NCBI GenBank assembly: GCA_964187785.1
Contig: OZ076409.1
Location: forward strand, 85,996,001-86,060,000
DNA length: 64,000 nt
Reading direction: 5' to 3'
Source: Amphiscolops sp. MND2022
Lineage: Eukaryota
This document shows, piece after piece, positions 27,273 through 40,410 of this stretch. The position numbers were made by a program, and so were the translations under genes. Numbering within the stretch: the first letter of the stretch is position 1; every line of letters begins with the position of its first letter. The notes under the pieces are model-generated. The model searched no databases, was not told the origin of the DNA, and was given only the letters and a program-made list of their open reading frames with translations.

Positions 27273-28949
27273 AAGTGGATGGAGATCGTGGTGATTTGGC
27301 AAAATTCGAAAAAAAACGCAACACAAATTATAACTTTTCGTCCCCCATTGTATGTGGGCGGAAAAAATAAATAACCACGTGTAAGATTAATATCACAAAA
27401 GATCCAGAAAAAAGTTAACTGTTGAAACGAATTTTCTCGCTCTTTAAAAAACCAGAACGAGACAGATTGTCGCATAACTTGTTTGTTTCCGTCAGTACAT
27501 ACGCCCTGCTTAAGGCTACAAAAAGCAGAGTCTAATGCGAATGGACAGCCTCATCAACATCACTGTACTAAAGTAACCAGAATAGGCTTGTTGAAATTCG
27601 TAAAACGCCGCTTTTTCAAAACTGAAAACTTCAAAAACTCCCGTTTTATAGAAAAATTCCGAAACAAAATCAATTTTTCGTCAGAAAATGCATAGAGCGG
27701 GAAAAGTAGAAGAAATTTTCCTATTAGAAGAAATTTTCAGATTAGGATAAACATATAAAAACACTGGTTTTTCGTGTGTCTAAAAACCTAAAGCTAAACC
27801 TCTAAACTCTCAGAGCGTATTTTTCTCGCTGAAAACGAAGACTAGTGAATTTGAATGGCGAATCTTTTGCGAAATAGAACGAAGACAGCGAAGGAGAAAG
27901 TTTTACGTTCATCATGAAACCTGATCGGTTCGTAACTCTGAAAAAAGTGACTACAATAGTTTGTGCTTTTTAACGGAAGACGCGAATAAACACTATGAGA
28001 TTTTATCGGGACAAGAAAACTCAAAAAAAAACATTGACACGTTTTGTCAAACTCATTGATACTAGAGTTCCCGATAAAATCTAGGGTTCCCTCATAGTGT
28101 TTATTAGCTGCTTCCGTTGTACAAGTGTTAGTAGACATTTCTAATGGTTTTACTCCAGAAATGTTTGAAGTTTCACAAAATTTCCTGATGAAGTTCGTTG
28201 AATAAATTTTAAAAAAAAGGAACATATCAATTTTTTAGGTTTCTTTCTCTCCTGAAAAAATTGTTGCATCACCTCGTTGGTACTCTGTTCTTGGAAATTA
28301 ACATTACAAATGATCACGAACTTAGTCAAAGAGAGAAATTGAAGTAATTACGGCAATATGAATGATTTATATTTTCTTTCAAACAGTCTCCGCTTTGTAA
28401 ATTTTTAGTTGCGGAAGTTTCTGAGGACTAAAGTTCGTTGGCGTTTGTGGCAATGCGTGAGTTTTTCGAAAAAAGTTTAATTTGACCAAAAAATTCTACT
28501 CTAGGTTTCCCATGTTTTGTGTTGGGAAAAGCGTTTCTCAGTCTTAAAGGTTATCGCTACGAACCAAATTATTTACAGGTTCCCAAAATGAACATCAAAA
28601 CTGTTCTTGAATAAAACATCTGAAAAATCGCAGAATCCGAAAATATTGAAGTTATATCCGGGTTATTCCCATAAACAGGTTCTGGTCAAACCTAATCAGG
28701 CTAAAAGCTGTCTTCTGTGTGCCTGAAGTTACCCTCAAAGATACCGGCTTCTGATACATTCCGATGAAAAATGCACAGATACTTTCTGTTGACACATTAT
28801 TCTAGTTTTATTAGATAATTATTAGAGCTTAGATTTTACCGCGAAGAATGTGGTACACGACATTGACTCCTATCGAACGTTTGTAATTTTTCGAATAAGC
28901 AATAATAGACACCGAATACACTTAAAATAGAAATGTGTGGCCCAATAAT

Positions 28950-30900
28950 AAACATTCTGGAAGAGGTTTGATATTTCTAGGTGCCCTTGATCAGAATTCG
29001 TAAGAATCATCGCAGTGCAACTGTGCCTCTTCTTGTATGATTTTATAAGGGTCACGAGCCGGAAGTGTTTGTAATCATCACTGCAGTGAATTAATATCTT
29101 CATGACAAATCAATCAAATGAATGCAAGCAATGAAAACTAACAACTTGAAGAAAGTCAAACAACTTGGTAAATCGAATTGAAAAATTTAAGTTTAGACAC
29201 AATGATTCCAAGCTCACTCAACACACCAGAAACATTGCCCAACTCTTTGACAACAGTAGTATAAGCAATGGCTTCATTTACAGCTGTTGACAGTTCAACC
29301 CATGCTTGAAAATGGATAGTCCAACTCAAACAGTCATTCCAACTGTTCAATTTAATGCACACGACAATCGTTCTTTTCTCGATGATAAATCACCGGCCCA
29401 ATCAGGGTCAGAGAAAGTACACAGACATACCACCTTTTATACAGAAGTTCATCTTGCTTGCTAAGAAGATCTCAACGTGGTTAGCTGCCATTCAGTGTTC
29501 TATCCGTGGATATTCTGGAGGAATTGTTTGAGACATGAGAGGCGTGAACAATGTCGGACAACTACTAAAAGCTAAGTACTTTAAACTACCACCCACCTAA
29601 ATTTCTGTTACATCGTCGTTTCATGGTTCTTTTTTTTGCTTTTGCCACGACCCTGTTCTTGATAACGTTTTTGTACAAATTTGGCGTTTTCCAGTAGGAG
29701 ATTTTCTACTGGTTTATACATTTGCGTTTTAGAAGATCGTAAAAATCATTTTTGACTCACCGCTCTCTCCCCTTCTGTAACGTCTAACCCATCCGGAGGT
29801 GTTAGTGTATCGAACTAAACTCTTTCACTTCAAGTTCTTCTTTCACTATGCTTTGAACCATTCAGCAAACCCCGAAAAAGCATGCGTCCATCCGAGGACA
29901 AACAATTTAAATTCTTTTACAAACATACACTTGTCATTCATAAATGCCCGGAACATGATCCTCTCTTAAAGCGTCTTGAGTGTTTGGTGCCAGTTGAGAT
30001 CAAATTATTCAGAACGTACAAAATATTTACAGTGAACTTAGTAGTTACGTCCTTCTTCATGTTTGCAATCGAATATGCTGTTTCAATTTCCAGCTGTATT
30101 GGTTGCACTCAGTTTTGCGCTCAATCTTGCGCATTGGGAAAACGTTTCGAATAATTCACTATCTTCAACTTGCGAAAACTGTTTAGCAACAAACCAGGCT
30201 TGTCATTCTTTAAAGTTCCATTATGTTTGCTATTTATGACAAAATCCATTTTATTTTCATTGACACAAGTTCTTTTGGTAGTTCCTCTCAGGTCCAAACT
30301 CGGTTGGACGGTGATCTCATAGGACGGTGATCTCATAAGACGGTTGACCTGCCTTGGCTCTTCTAGTCTTGTTCGTGATGATTGTGCCGTATTCTCTCTT
30401 TCAGCTGTATACGTCAAGTTCTTTTCCGCGAACTTTGCTGCACAAACTTGGCTTTTCTTCAAGTTTATCCTCACTTTTGCTCTGTCTATGTCCTCATTTA
30501 GTTCCACACCCAAGTTCCTATCTTTGATCCTGTGGTTCGAGCAACCTTCATCCAGCACAGCCTTTCAAAAGGATCCTTATTTTGCCCTTTAAAATTGGCA
30601 TCTGCACTTAATGAAAATTGAACCGCCCCATTTTCACCTGCGTTTTGCACCGCTAACCTGGCCTCCTGGATCCTTTGGTTGCCTTGGTTTTTTCTCACTT
30701 TGAAACATGAACTGCGCGTTTGTCTTTTTTTTCTTAGTGGTTACAAAATGTTCATGTCAATCGATAGATTATATCGCGTGGGGTTACTTCCGTGCTTCAG
30801 TCATTTGCTATATGTCCAAGTTTATGGCATTTACAACAAACGTGAGGTTATCCGAAACTGTTTGTTACCTTAGTTTCTGCCTCAAGATTGAAAGGTAAGT
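28950..30900 (-). pseudogene. Heavily decayed Ty1/Copia remnant (gag knuckle, RT, RNase H fragments)
   Basis: CCKCHKLGHIAND* (CX2CX4HX4C, near 30800-30840); ERAVSQK*F..AKFVQKRYQEQG..HET (RT N-terminus); DIVHASH..EH*MAANHV; FSDPDWAGDLSSRK and LSW..QAWVELSTA (RNase H). Confidence 0.75.
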
Positions 30901-31750
30901 ATCTGAAACTGTTTTCGTACATTTTTTTCTCTAATCGCCAAAAAAACAGAAATGCGGACCCTTGTCAACGTTTTTTTTAACTAAAAACATTTTTAAAAGT
31001 AACTGGGAAATCTATGGAAAATTAAAAACAGAAAATGTTTGTCCACGCATCAATGGCAGATTTATTCTGCCGGAAGCGGTTCTGTGAAACCTATAATCTT
31101 TTTTAAAAAGTAGTACGTGATACTATAGCTACAAAGTTAAACGAGCCACCTCAATGCGTCATTGCTGTCGAAGAGTATCAGTTACGCTTGCATTTGGCTA
31201 CTACAGCTAGTAGCCAGGGTTTAATAAATGAAATGATTTTCAGAGCCCATTATTATTTTTATCACAAATTAAATTTGAACTTTTTGTTCATATTCAAACA
31301 GCAATGCATCAAAGATTTCTAAACTTTTTAAATTTTGAATCCGGACTCGTTCAAGTTCGAGATTTTTAAAAAATTTTCTAAATGTATAGCATTTTTTAAA
31401 ACACCCGTATCTTAAAAACAACAGTCCTCAAGAATACTGAAGATATAAGTGATTTTATGAGAACGAATAGGTTACTTAACTTAATTAACGGTTCTAGAAC
31501 GCTATAAACACAAGAGAATAAAATTTACGTTGAATCGAACGCTGCCATTGGATTAAAAATAATTTTAAACGGTTTTTAGGATGTTTTCCGAAACGTTTTA
31601 TTGGTCAAACAATTTGATATAGTTTTATAATTTTGAACTGCTGGCAGAAAAGTCACCATCATTCGAAAACCTAAAGACATCAAATTTGGGAGGTTGATTC
31701 GCAAGAAAGTTGGCTGAGTCTTTGCTTTAACCGCTTGAGTTGGTTCCAAA

Positions 31751-31823
31751 ATGAAATTGCACATTTTTTTCAACGTGTTCGGTTTGATTGCTTCGTTAGC
31801 CGTAGGTCAAGAGTCATTCAAAG
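31751..31823 (+). CDS. Putative host gene exon 1 (signal peptide) of a secreted protein
   Basis: aaaATG, then MKLHIFFNVFGLIASLAVGQESFK, then a phase-1 donor G|gttagt that is frame-compatible with the exon at 32149. Confidence 0.6.
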
Positions 31824-32148
31824 GTTAGTTTAGCTGTTTCTGTTGAAGTTTTCATTCAGGGGAAAATAAAAAAAAGAATGTCTGAAATCGCTCTACTTGA
31901 ATTTTTCAATTTTACAAAGAAGACGACCGCTGAGCACAGGGATATTGTTATATCATCTGCAGACCTAGAGAAGTTTTCAAAAATATTTGAGTAGCTGTTA
32001 TTTTCGAACTGAAAGCTCAGGAAGAATATAATGCTCGTTCAGCTTGATATTTAGCGTTTCATTTTTCTTTAACAAATTTTCAATTCTTAGACAGAAAAGC
32101 AAAATTCGTCTCACAAACAAAAATTTCAGTTTTTTGCAATTTTCACAG

Positions 32149-32361
32149 ATAACCTGGAACAGATCCAGATTCTGGGAGCAGAAGGCCCCCCTGGATGGGA
32201 TGCGAACTGGAAATTGACAAACGGGTACACCCTCAAAGGTCAAATGCCGACCCTGGAAACCAAATGTTATTCTTCCCGAGAGATCAACGTCGAGGTTTTC
32301 ATCAACACTCCAATGGCAGAAATATCAAAAGTTCAACTCATGAATCGAAAAGATGGAGGCT
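32149..32361 (+). CDS. Putative host gene exon 2, F-type lectin/F5-8C-like fragment
   Basis: Acceptor ttttcacag| and donor |gtaagt flank a 213-nt open exon: DNLEQIQILGAEGPPGWDANWKLTNG..KCYSS..ISKVQLMNRKDGG. The end resembles the fucolectin V.I.NR.D motif. Downstream exons were not identified. Confidence 0.55.
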
Positions 32362-33033
32362 GTAAGTTGCATTTTCATCTCTCATTTTTGTTCGGGTAGT
32401 CTTTAGACGGTGCTTCACAAAAAAGCAAATGTTTACCTTTCTTTGACAGTGTACGATATTATCGAAGGACTCATATGCATTTTTAGGGAAACGCGAAGTT
32501 CTCTGGAAAATTTCTTCCTCCGAGTCAAACAAAAATCAAGATTCCAATTATTTCCTTAAAGCTTTAATTGACTGACTTTCATGATCGAGAGTTAAGAACC
32601 AAAATGGCGCATAATATCAAGCTTTATTATAACCGGCATGAGATATGAAAATCTCAAAGATGTTTTCATTTCACGAACATAAATTGCCCCTCACTGAACG
32701 TTAGTTGCTCGACCTTTTTCAGTGTAAACGCTAGCGTCAAGGACTAGTTTACAGGTTTATTCAAAAACATCATCAATAACACACAAGAACGATTGCTTTA
32801 GCTGAACTCAAAAAGTTGAGGGATTGAATTGGGACCGAGAAGAAATAACAAACTAAAATTACAAATCATGAGTCCCCGCCCTAGTTGAAACAACATAGGA
32901 CTTTCACAAAACCTTTGTAAATTGCCGAGCTAATTTTCCTTTCATAGAACTTCCAATCAATGAAACTTCACTGTTCCAAATGAATCTTGTTAAACTGCTG
33001 AAAAATGGATCCAAAATTAGACGTCAATTCCGT

Positions 33034-33381
33034 CCCTTGTTGAAACTGCTTGAACTTTTTGCATGTACTATAAGATTGCAAGCAACTTTTATTCTGATTT
33101 TCTAAAAAAACTCTTACGGAAACTTTTATGCGAAAATATTTCCTTGTTGTACTTACAATTTATGAAGCTGCTTGAAAAATTCATGGAAATTTTGGTGGCA
33201 ATTTTAAACCTTGAAGCCGTACTATTTTTGAGAAGCGGTTATCACATCAGATGAGTATTTGAGAAACCGAAGTGTGATTGATTTACCACACGAGGTTCAC
33301 TGAATTTTCTGGATTTTTAAAAAAATTACGCAGCATGCAGACCTGCAGTACGAAAAAAAGTTCCTGCAGTTCTAACTAGGG
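33034..33381. mobile_element. MITE-like element, CCCTxGTTGAAACTGCTTGAACTTTT family
   Basis: Left end is shared with 36240 and 39729. Degenerate inverted end AAAAGTTCCTGCAGTTCTAACTAGGG. Confidence 0.5.
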
Positions 33382-34114
33382 GAGCCAGAAAGATTTGCAG
33401 TGTTCAATATGAATTAATTACAGTGTTAGTCTTTCAAGTGTAGCATAACAGCAATCATTCATAACTTTCGATAATCTGTATATGGAAATTTACTCCGCTA
33501 ATCTGCAAAAGGCTCAATTTGGATTGGATACACGATTGCGTTTTATGAAATAGACTAACTGTCGTGTATTAAAGACATTCAAGAGCAAATATGCTACCAA
33601 AGACGGCATTCCAAGATAGAGTGAGCATATTTGCAGCACATAAAGATGGCGAAAATGCCATTTTTCTGGTATAACCAGTTCTTTCATTTTCTGTATAAAT
33701 GCCTTATTGTTGCGGATATGTAAATCTTAATGTCCGATTTAGAAAACATGGTTGTAATGTAAGGAAGTTATTCTTGACAAAAGAATTAAAATTAGAAAGC
33801 AACCAGGATCATAGCGATATAGAAGTGGACCTTGAGTTCAACGGCTCAGCAGAACTCCAACCCGAGTAGTGACGATTTTACGTCATTGCCAATTGCAAAC
33901 AGCAGGGAAAGTAGTAATGTTACAATTGAGACTGCTAAGATGAATAAATATGAAATTACGAGTCAAGTCACGAACACGAACAATTTAGACGAAATCAAAA
34001 TGAATCGGAACTCTCCGAATTTAGGAGCAAATAGCTCTGCATTCGCCAAACAATTCCTTCCCTATATTCAAAAGACTCTTGCGAAGCAGGAAAAGGAATT
34101 TAGAACGAAAGTAG

Positions 34115-34314
34115 NNNNNNNNNNNNNNNNNNNNNNNNNNNNNNNNNNNNNNNNNNNNNNNNNNNNNNNNNNNNNNNNNNNNNNNNNNNNNNNNNNNNNN
34201 NNNNNNNNNNNNNNNNNNNNNNNNNNNNNNNNNNNNNNNNNNNNNNNNNNNNNNNNNNNNNNNNNNNNNNNNNNNNNNNNNNNNNNNNNNNNNNNNNNNN
34301 NNNNNNNNNNNNNN
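34115..34314. other. Assembly gap (200 N)
   Basis: Run of N. Confidence 1.
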
Positions 34315-34677
34315 AATTCAACATTTTTATCTTCCAGTCACTCTTCGTTATATTTTATTTGTTTGACTTGCGTTCTTGTACGTAAGATCCTCCGATTTTT
34401 GCGACACTCTCATTTACGGTTAATTCTTTGGCGACGAAAAAAATTATAAAAAATAAAATGAAATTTGTATGTCAAAATATTCTATACTGCAGCAGACAGC
34501 TTTTGTTCGATGTTGCTTTACTTCACATTCGGTGAAATTTTCAAAGCACACCGGTGAAAATAAAAAATAGCTGGTGAACTTTTTAGGATCTGATGTCTTC
34601 TCAGATTTGGGAGTACATGAGCGCATTTCGCATAATACGCCATTCATGTCATTTGACGCCAAAATTCTATTCAGAAA

Positions 34678-35028
34678 AAGATGCCGGGAACTGCCCAAGT
34701 CGGCGCCCCGCTCAAGGTTCAGAAAGTAAAGTTTTTAAATATGCAAAAAGACACTTGTTAAAATTTAATCATTTTTACGGAGCCAAAAATGCCCGAATGG
34801 ATACGAATAACACTCGAAAACCATTTTTCCCCAACTGGAGACAACAAAACCCATTTCGCTATACCGAAAACCTTTCAAAAAACGTAAAATTGAGGGAAAA
34901 TATTTTTTGAATTTTTTTGAAAAGTTTTCATGTGAAGTCTCCGGTAAGTCGCATAGTAGCCAAAACAAAAAAAACTAGCCACTGTAATGGTCGGGAACTT
35001 TTCTCGAAGGAAAAGCTTCGACTAAAAA
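34678..35028 (+). mobile_element. HINE-like element, related subfamily
   Basis: GCCGGGAACTGCCCAAGTCGGCGCC ... TGTAATGGTCGGGAAC..AAAAGCTTCGACTAAAAA. Similar heads occur near 11571 and 39428. Confidence 0.5.
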
Positions 35029-35992
35029 TTGGAAAGTTTGACTTTCTAAAACAATTCAGTGTTTATTCCCCAAAATGAAAGTACACACTATGTAACTGCA
35101 AATAGCTTTTAATAAGAGGCCTAATCAAAATATTCCGAAAGGTCCGCTATTCCTTAAGCACACAAACTGCTGAATATTTAATCAGACCTCGATTTCCAAT
35201 CACAAAATCAGGGACTTCTACAGCAGACTTTCCACAAATCTTCTTTCTGTGATACTTCCGCTGTTCAATAGCTTAAGGAGCTTATCTGGGCTACTCTCGA
35301 AAAATTGCGGATGCATTACTCTAAGCTAGCTGTTAAAGATTTGCCGTACAAAATAACCGAAAAGAAAACTTTATCTGAATGGCATTGATTTAAGGTTTAT
35401 ATGTACGATAGACTTGCATTGTCATTAACTTTGGGCTGGATGAACGGAGTATATATCACGGAAACCTAGCCGAATCAGAAATTACTGGTCTTAACTGGCA
35501 ACGTTGCATCGCAAACAGTTGACCCAAGGTCATTTGCGCAGTTCATGAATATTGAAGGGGGCACTAAATGGAGTTCGATAAAGTCAATAAAAAAGTAATC
35601 GATTTTCGAAAATTTTCTACAAGTAAGAAAAAATGTTGCCTAGTTTATTCAATAGAAGGTATACGATGTTGTTTCCAATCAAGAACTCTATTTTTTGGGA
35701 AAAATTGTTTCGTGATTGAGTCACATATTTCACAATTTCAGCCCAGAGTGAACCCAGTACAGGCAAAGTAATACAGCGAAGAGTATGGGGAAGAACCAAA
35801 AGGAAAAGAAGTGATTCTCTTTCAGTATTTTTTTATGAAAAGAGACAGATAATCATACTAAGAATGAAATTGATTTCATTTTTTAAAGAAAAAGTATTCC
35901 ACGTCATAATATATACTTAAATATGAATTCAAATCAAGTTTTGAGAGTTTATGAACTTTAACTTCACCCTAGTGTTTTATACTTGAGGTGAA

Positions 35993-36062
35993 GAGGGAGC
36001 ATGGTGCAGTGGTTAGATCATTCGGCTTGTTTCGGGGCAGCATCAGGTTCGAATATCTCTCA
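35993..36062 (+). mobile_element. tRNA-derived SINE head or tRNA pseudogene
   Basis: A box TGGTGCAGTGG and B box GGTTCGAAT at tRNA-like spacing. No complete cloverleaf. Confidence 0.5.
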
Positions 36063-36239
36063 ACTTACCAACTAGTTAGGCCTTAAGCAAGTCTTTCATC
36101 ACGAGCTTTGCAAAATGCTCAGTGACAAAAAGAGCAACGTAGAACAGTTAAACCTTCGTGACCTTAAGCAAGTCACTTTGAAATGAACCTTTGCTTCAAG
36201 CTGAACCACCAAACAGCCGAACTACTGTTAAGATGAGTA

Positions 36240-36788
36240 CCCTGGTTGAAACTGCTTGAACTTTTTACAAGTGTTTGTATGTTACCAAGCTAATTTTTCA
36301 TGATTTTATAAAATTCTCAAGGAAACGTCCATGCAATAAAACTTCACTAATTCGATTTAATTTTATCAAGCTGCCTATAAAATGCATCCTAAATTTGGCA
36401 GCAATTGCGAGACACGATGTTTTGCAGGTTTCAATAGGACGCAGTTCTAATTTTGAAAGCTGCTGAGACTTTCATCAATTTTACCGCGCTCTCAATGCAA
36501 ATAAACGTCAGTCACTTTATAAGTTTCAAAGTAGCGTCATATTCAGCGTGCTATTCGACTATCGGTGATTACATAAGGTACTTACTTGAGAAACTTACGC
36601 GTGAAAACAAAGTGATCGCGACGGTGAAGAAGTGGAGTGGTTTTCAGTTTTAATTGAAATAGTGGAAGCTGCATTGTAATCCTACAAACTTTCTCCATGC
36701 GTGCTCCCAGTATTTTCTATGTTTATCAAAAATTTAGAATGCATGCATGGATGCAACATAGAAAACTATTCGGCACTTTCGACTAGGG
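36240..36788. mobile_element. MITE-like element, CCCT...AGGG family, TA-flanked
   Basis: TA|CCCTGGTTGAAACTGCTTGAAC ... TTCGGCACTTTCGACTAGGG|TA. Confidence 0.5.
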
Positions 36789-38869
36789 TAACAACAGAAT
36801 TGATACCTGAACAAAATCAGAATTTCTAAGTGCATTCTGCACCACTAAGTTGATAAATGTGTTCGTTTAGTTCGTCCTAAAAACAGTCAGGTTTTAGAAA
36901 CAAATCTATTTAAAACAATACGTCTGGTCCATTGAAAAGATTTCTTGGAACATCGCCCATTACCGAAATATCCAGATTGGGAAAGACTGGTCTCGTCTAT
37001 CTGACAAGTCATTTGCAAGAAACTTGCAAAAAAGTGTATGAATACCAAAAATAGAAGGGACCTTTCAGCCTCAAATTCTTGCTCTTCGTATTTCCCACAA
37101 ATACAAACTGGCTACAATTTGAACTTGCTTAGTCGCCGTGTATGTTTTGTAACTACCATAGAACAATATAACAAACTCGGAACGACAAAAGTTGTATAAG
37201 ATCAGAATAGTTACCAAAATGGTGTCTTTAGACAAAAAAATTCAATTCGAGAAAGTAAAACAACAGACATCTCGCGCCCTAACCGCTTCTCAATCTTCTC
37301 ATGGGTTTGAACCGGAAGTCTCATGCTTAGATAACGCATGCTCAAATTACTAGGCCATTTTCTCCGGTAGCAAAATTGTAGTTGTAAAACAATGTTGGTC
37401 ACACTGTTTTGTATCGAAAAACAACGATGAAAAACCACTATAATAGTTGGTCTATTTATAATACAGCTCTGACTAAGAATCGAAACTTTGACTATCGGTC
37501 ACAGTGCGCGTTAGCAAGTTTGCCTGTGGTCGCTACATTTTTCTAGGACACGGAGACTGTTGCTCTTGGGAAGTTTTTTCATGAAGTATCTAGAAGCAAG
37601 TTCCTTGAAAATTAAGTGAATTAGGGAAACTAAATAATCCAAGCTCTGGTCAAGAGCCAACGCTTACATTAGCGATGTTCAGGAAAAGTGTAAGCTTTAC
37701 AAAAGAAATGGTTATCTCCCGTGATTGTCTGTTTCTACAAGCACCCTTCATTTTCATTTCTTTTTTGAAGAAATCTGATAAGCATAAGGTGAGATAACAT
37801 CTGCTTCATTCAAAATTTCCTGCACCCTAAGCAAGTGAGTGCAGTTTTCTCCCTGATTCCTTTATAACCTGTTTTATAACATGAACTCTGCAAGAAGATG
37901 TTAGAACTTAGTTATGCATTCTGCACCAACAGCCTTCAATAAAAGGTGTTGGTCAATTTACCTTCCTTTGGGAATAGAGGCTAATCAGGACTTTATAAAT
38001 CTGGAAAAACTCCAATTTCAGGCTAATCTCTGTCCAAGGGGACCAAACCGTTTTTGAAAACATTTAGCCGCGGGACGGTAGCAGCCTCAAAAGAAGTTTT
38101 AAGCCTCCGGGGACCTGCTGAGATAATTGCCATCTGATTCTTCCCGCGCTTTTTTACCAGTCAGTGATTTAATCTGACGCCATGTGCGCTCAAGTCGTAG
38201 CTCCTTTCTCGGGTAACTCCTTTTTTGGAAATCTTTCATGCTCTCAACGGGGATCAAACGATGAAAGTCCGCTGAGGTCGAGAAAGTTTCCATATAGTAA
38301 AAATTTCAGAAGGGATTAGTCAAATTTTTTAAACCAGTCAATCACGCTCCATTTGCGTTCCCGACGCCACCAGGCTTCCAGATTTTAAATTTCCCTTTTA
38401 ACCGCCTCCCACCAGCAATTCACGTTAGTAGCCATACTATAGATTTCAGACAACCACCGTGACTGTAACAATTTAAGTCAATGGCCCCATAAATTATTTT
38501 TATCAGTAGCTAAGTGCTCCTAAACTTTAATTTAAAACCGATTGTGGAAAAAGGGAGAATCTTCCTGATTTCACTGGCAAAAGCGATGGCTTATTAGATA
38601 GCGTTAACTCTAATTTCATTTTAAAAAAGCACGGTTTTTTAAAGACTGCAGTGCTAATGTTTCAATGAACTCTTATTCATCGTATCAACTTTTGTATTGT
38701 TTTCAAGTGATATATTTCCGTATAATTTGGAATAATAATAGAGGAACATTTTTGTAACCTAAACGCAGATTTTTTCGTTATGAAAACTAAACAACTGAAC
38801 ATGATGGCATGGTGGATTAGGGTTGTTTAAAGGCTTTGAATAAACAATTGAACGCGCATTACCGATATC

Positions 38870-39332
38870 GGACCATGTGATCTATTTCCCCCCAAACTGC
38901 GGCGGGGGGGAAATAATACAGTAGGTTCAAATACTAGTTTTAAACGAATTAATTATGTCGACATAACATTTTAAATAGTCAAATACCATTATGTCGACAT
39001 CGTTGCGTTGAAAGTTTAGTCCAATAAAATAATTGATGTCGACATAATCATATCTTTTACATTGATTGACAGTTAAAATCAATCATTATTCTTTGAAATG
39101 TGCTTCCAAACGGACATACTTCCATATTTACAAAACTACGAACTTTGCATTCAGCATTTAAAAAATTTGGGTCTTTTGCCACGAAGTTTCACGCGTTTGT
39201 TAATATTTGTAAGCATATCAACTTGTTTTATTCATTCAATAATTAATATACTTGTTAAAAAGCCGTTTTCATTTTGGGGGGGGGGGGAATTCCTAACAAG
39301 GTGTACCTGGGGGGAAATAGATCACATGGTCC
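38870..39332. mobile_element. 463-bp MITE with perfect 25-bp TIRs and an 8-bp TSD
   Basis: TIR GGACCATGTGATCTATTTCCCCCCA at 38870-38894 and inverted at 39308-39332. TSD CCGATATC at 38862-38869 and 39333-39340. Confidence 0.92.
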
Positions 39333-39728
39333 CCGATATCAAATTATCAGATATTACGTTTCAACCCAAAATGCATACTCAGTAGCACCAAAAAGGCTCG
39401 AGGGAAATGCATCCCCAAAGTGAAAAAGCCGGGAACGGCCCAAGTTGGTACCATTGCTTAAGGTAGGTTCGAAAACAGCAAAGTCTTTCAAATATTCTCA
39501 AGGACAATTATTCAGAAAACTCTCAATAACATCAAAGAGCAGCGAGGGGAGCAACCTTTTCTTAACTTTTTGTGACTTTTAAAGGTTTTTAAAAACCCGA
39601 GAAAACGGTCTCCACATTTTAAAATACGGTGTGATACACTACCTTGCACGAAGTAAGTGCAAATCTATGAAGACGAAATGTATCACGAGTCATTGTGAAG
39701 GGAGTAACGGAGTGAAGAAGCTCTAGAG

Positions 39729-40252
39729 CTCTAGTTGAGACTGCTTGAAATTTTTACATGCTGCATGCCTGCATTCAGGGTAATTTTTTATAAAACCTAG
39801 AAATTTCACTGAGCACCCGGTGGTAAATCTTGTAGAATTACTACTGCACTTGAAATTGAAAATATTTCCCCTTCTTTACGGACATGATCACGTTGTATTC
39901 ACACATTAATTTCTCAACTACTCATCTGGTTTAATCACCGCTTCTCAAACAGGACGCTGAAGATGACGCTAGTTTGATGTTTACATTGTGAATGAAGTTA
40001 AAATGACGGCAAAATTGTTGACGTCTCAGCTGCATTTAAAATTAGAACTGATGCATAAGGAAACTTGCAGAGCTTCATGTCTTGAAATTGCCGCCAAAAC
40101 TAAGATGATTCTTTCAAGCAGCTTGATAAAAGTTGATGACAACAGGGAAATATTAACGCTTAAACGTTTCCGCAAGAGGTTTAGAAAACCATTGAAAAAG
40201 TTGCTGGCAACTTTAAAAAACGTATAAAAAGTTCAAGCAAGTTCAACAAGGG
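39729..40252. mobile_element. MITE-like element, CCCT...AGGG family
   Basis: CTCTAGTTGAGACTGCTTGAAATTTTT ... AAAAAGTTCAAGCAAGTTCAACAAGGG. Confidence 0.55.
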
Positions 40253-40410
40253 AAGTCAACCCCCAAATGAATTTAATAAACCTCCCTAATCGACTTGTAT
40301 CTCTAGTTAATCAATATACACTGTCCGGAGATGATGGGTTTGGTGGAGCTACAATTTAGATAAGTTACGGCCCTACTACTTATGTACTTGTTGAAGCACA
40401 AAAATATTGC

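Noticed and set aside
30707..30898. Signal-peptide-like ORF ending at a gtaagt donor
   Set aside because: The opposite strand encodes a Copia gag zinc knuckle, so this is likely a shadow ORF.
33832..34449. 205-aa ORF
   Set aside because: It spans the N gap. The ~94 real codons before the gap have no recognisable motif and cannot be supported.
35993..36062. Functional tRNA gene
   Set aside because: A and B boxes are present, but the acceptor and anticodon stems do not pair convincingly.
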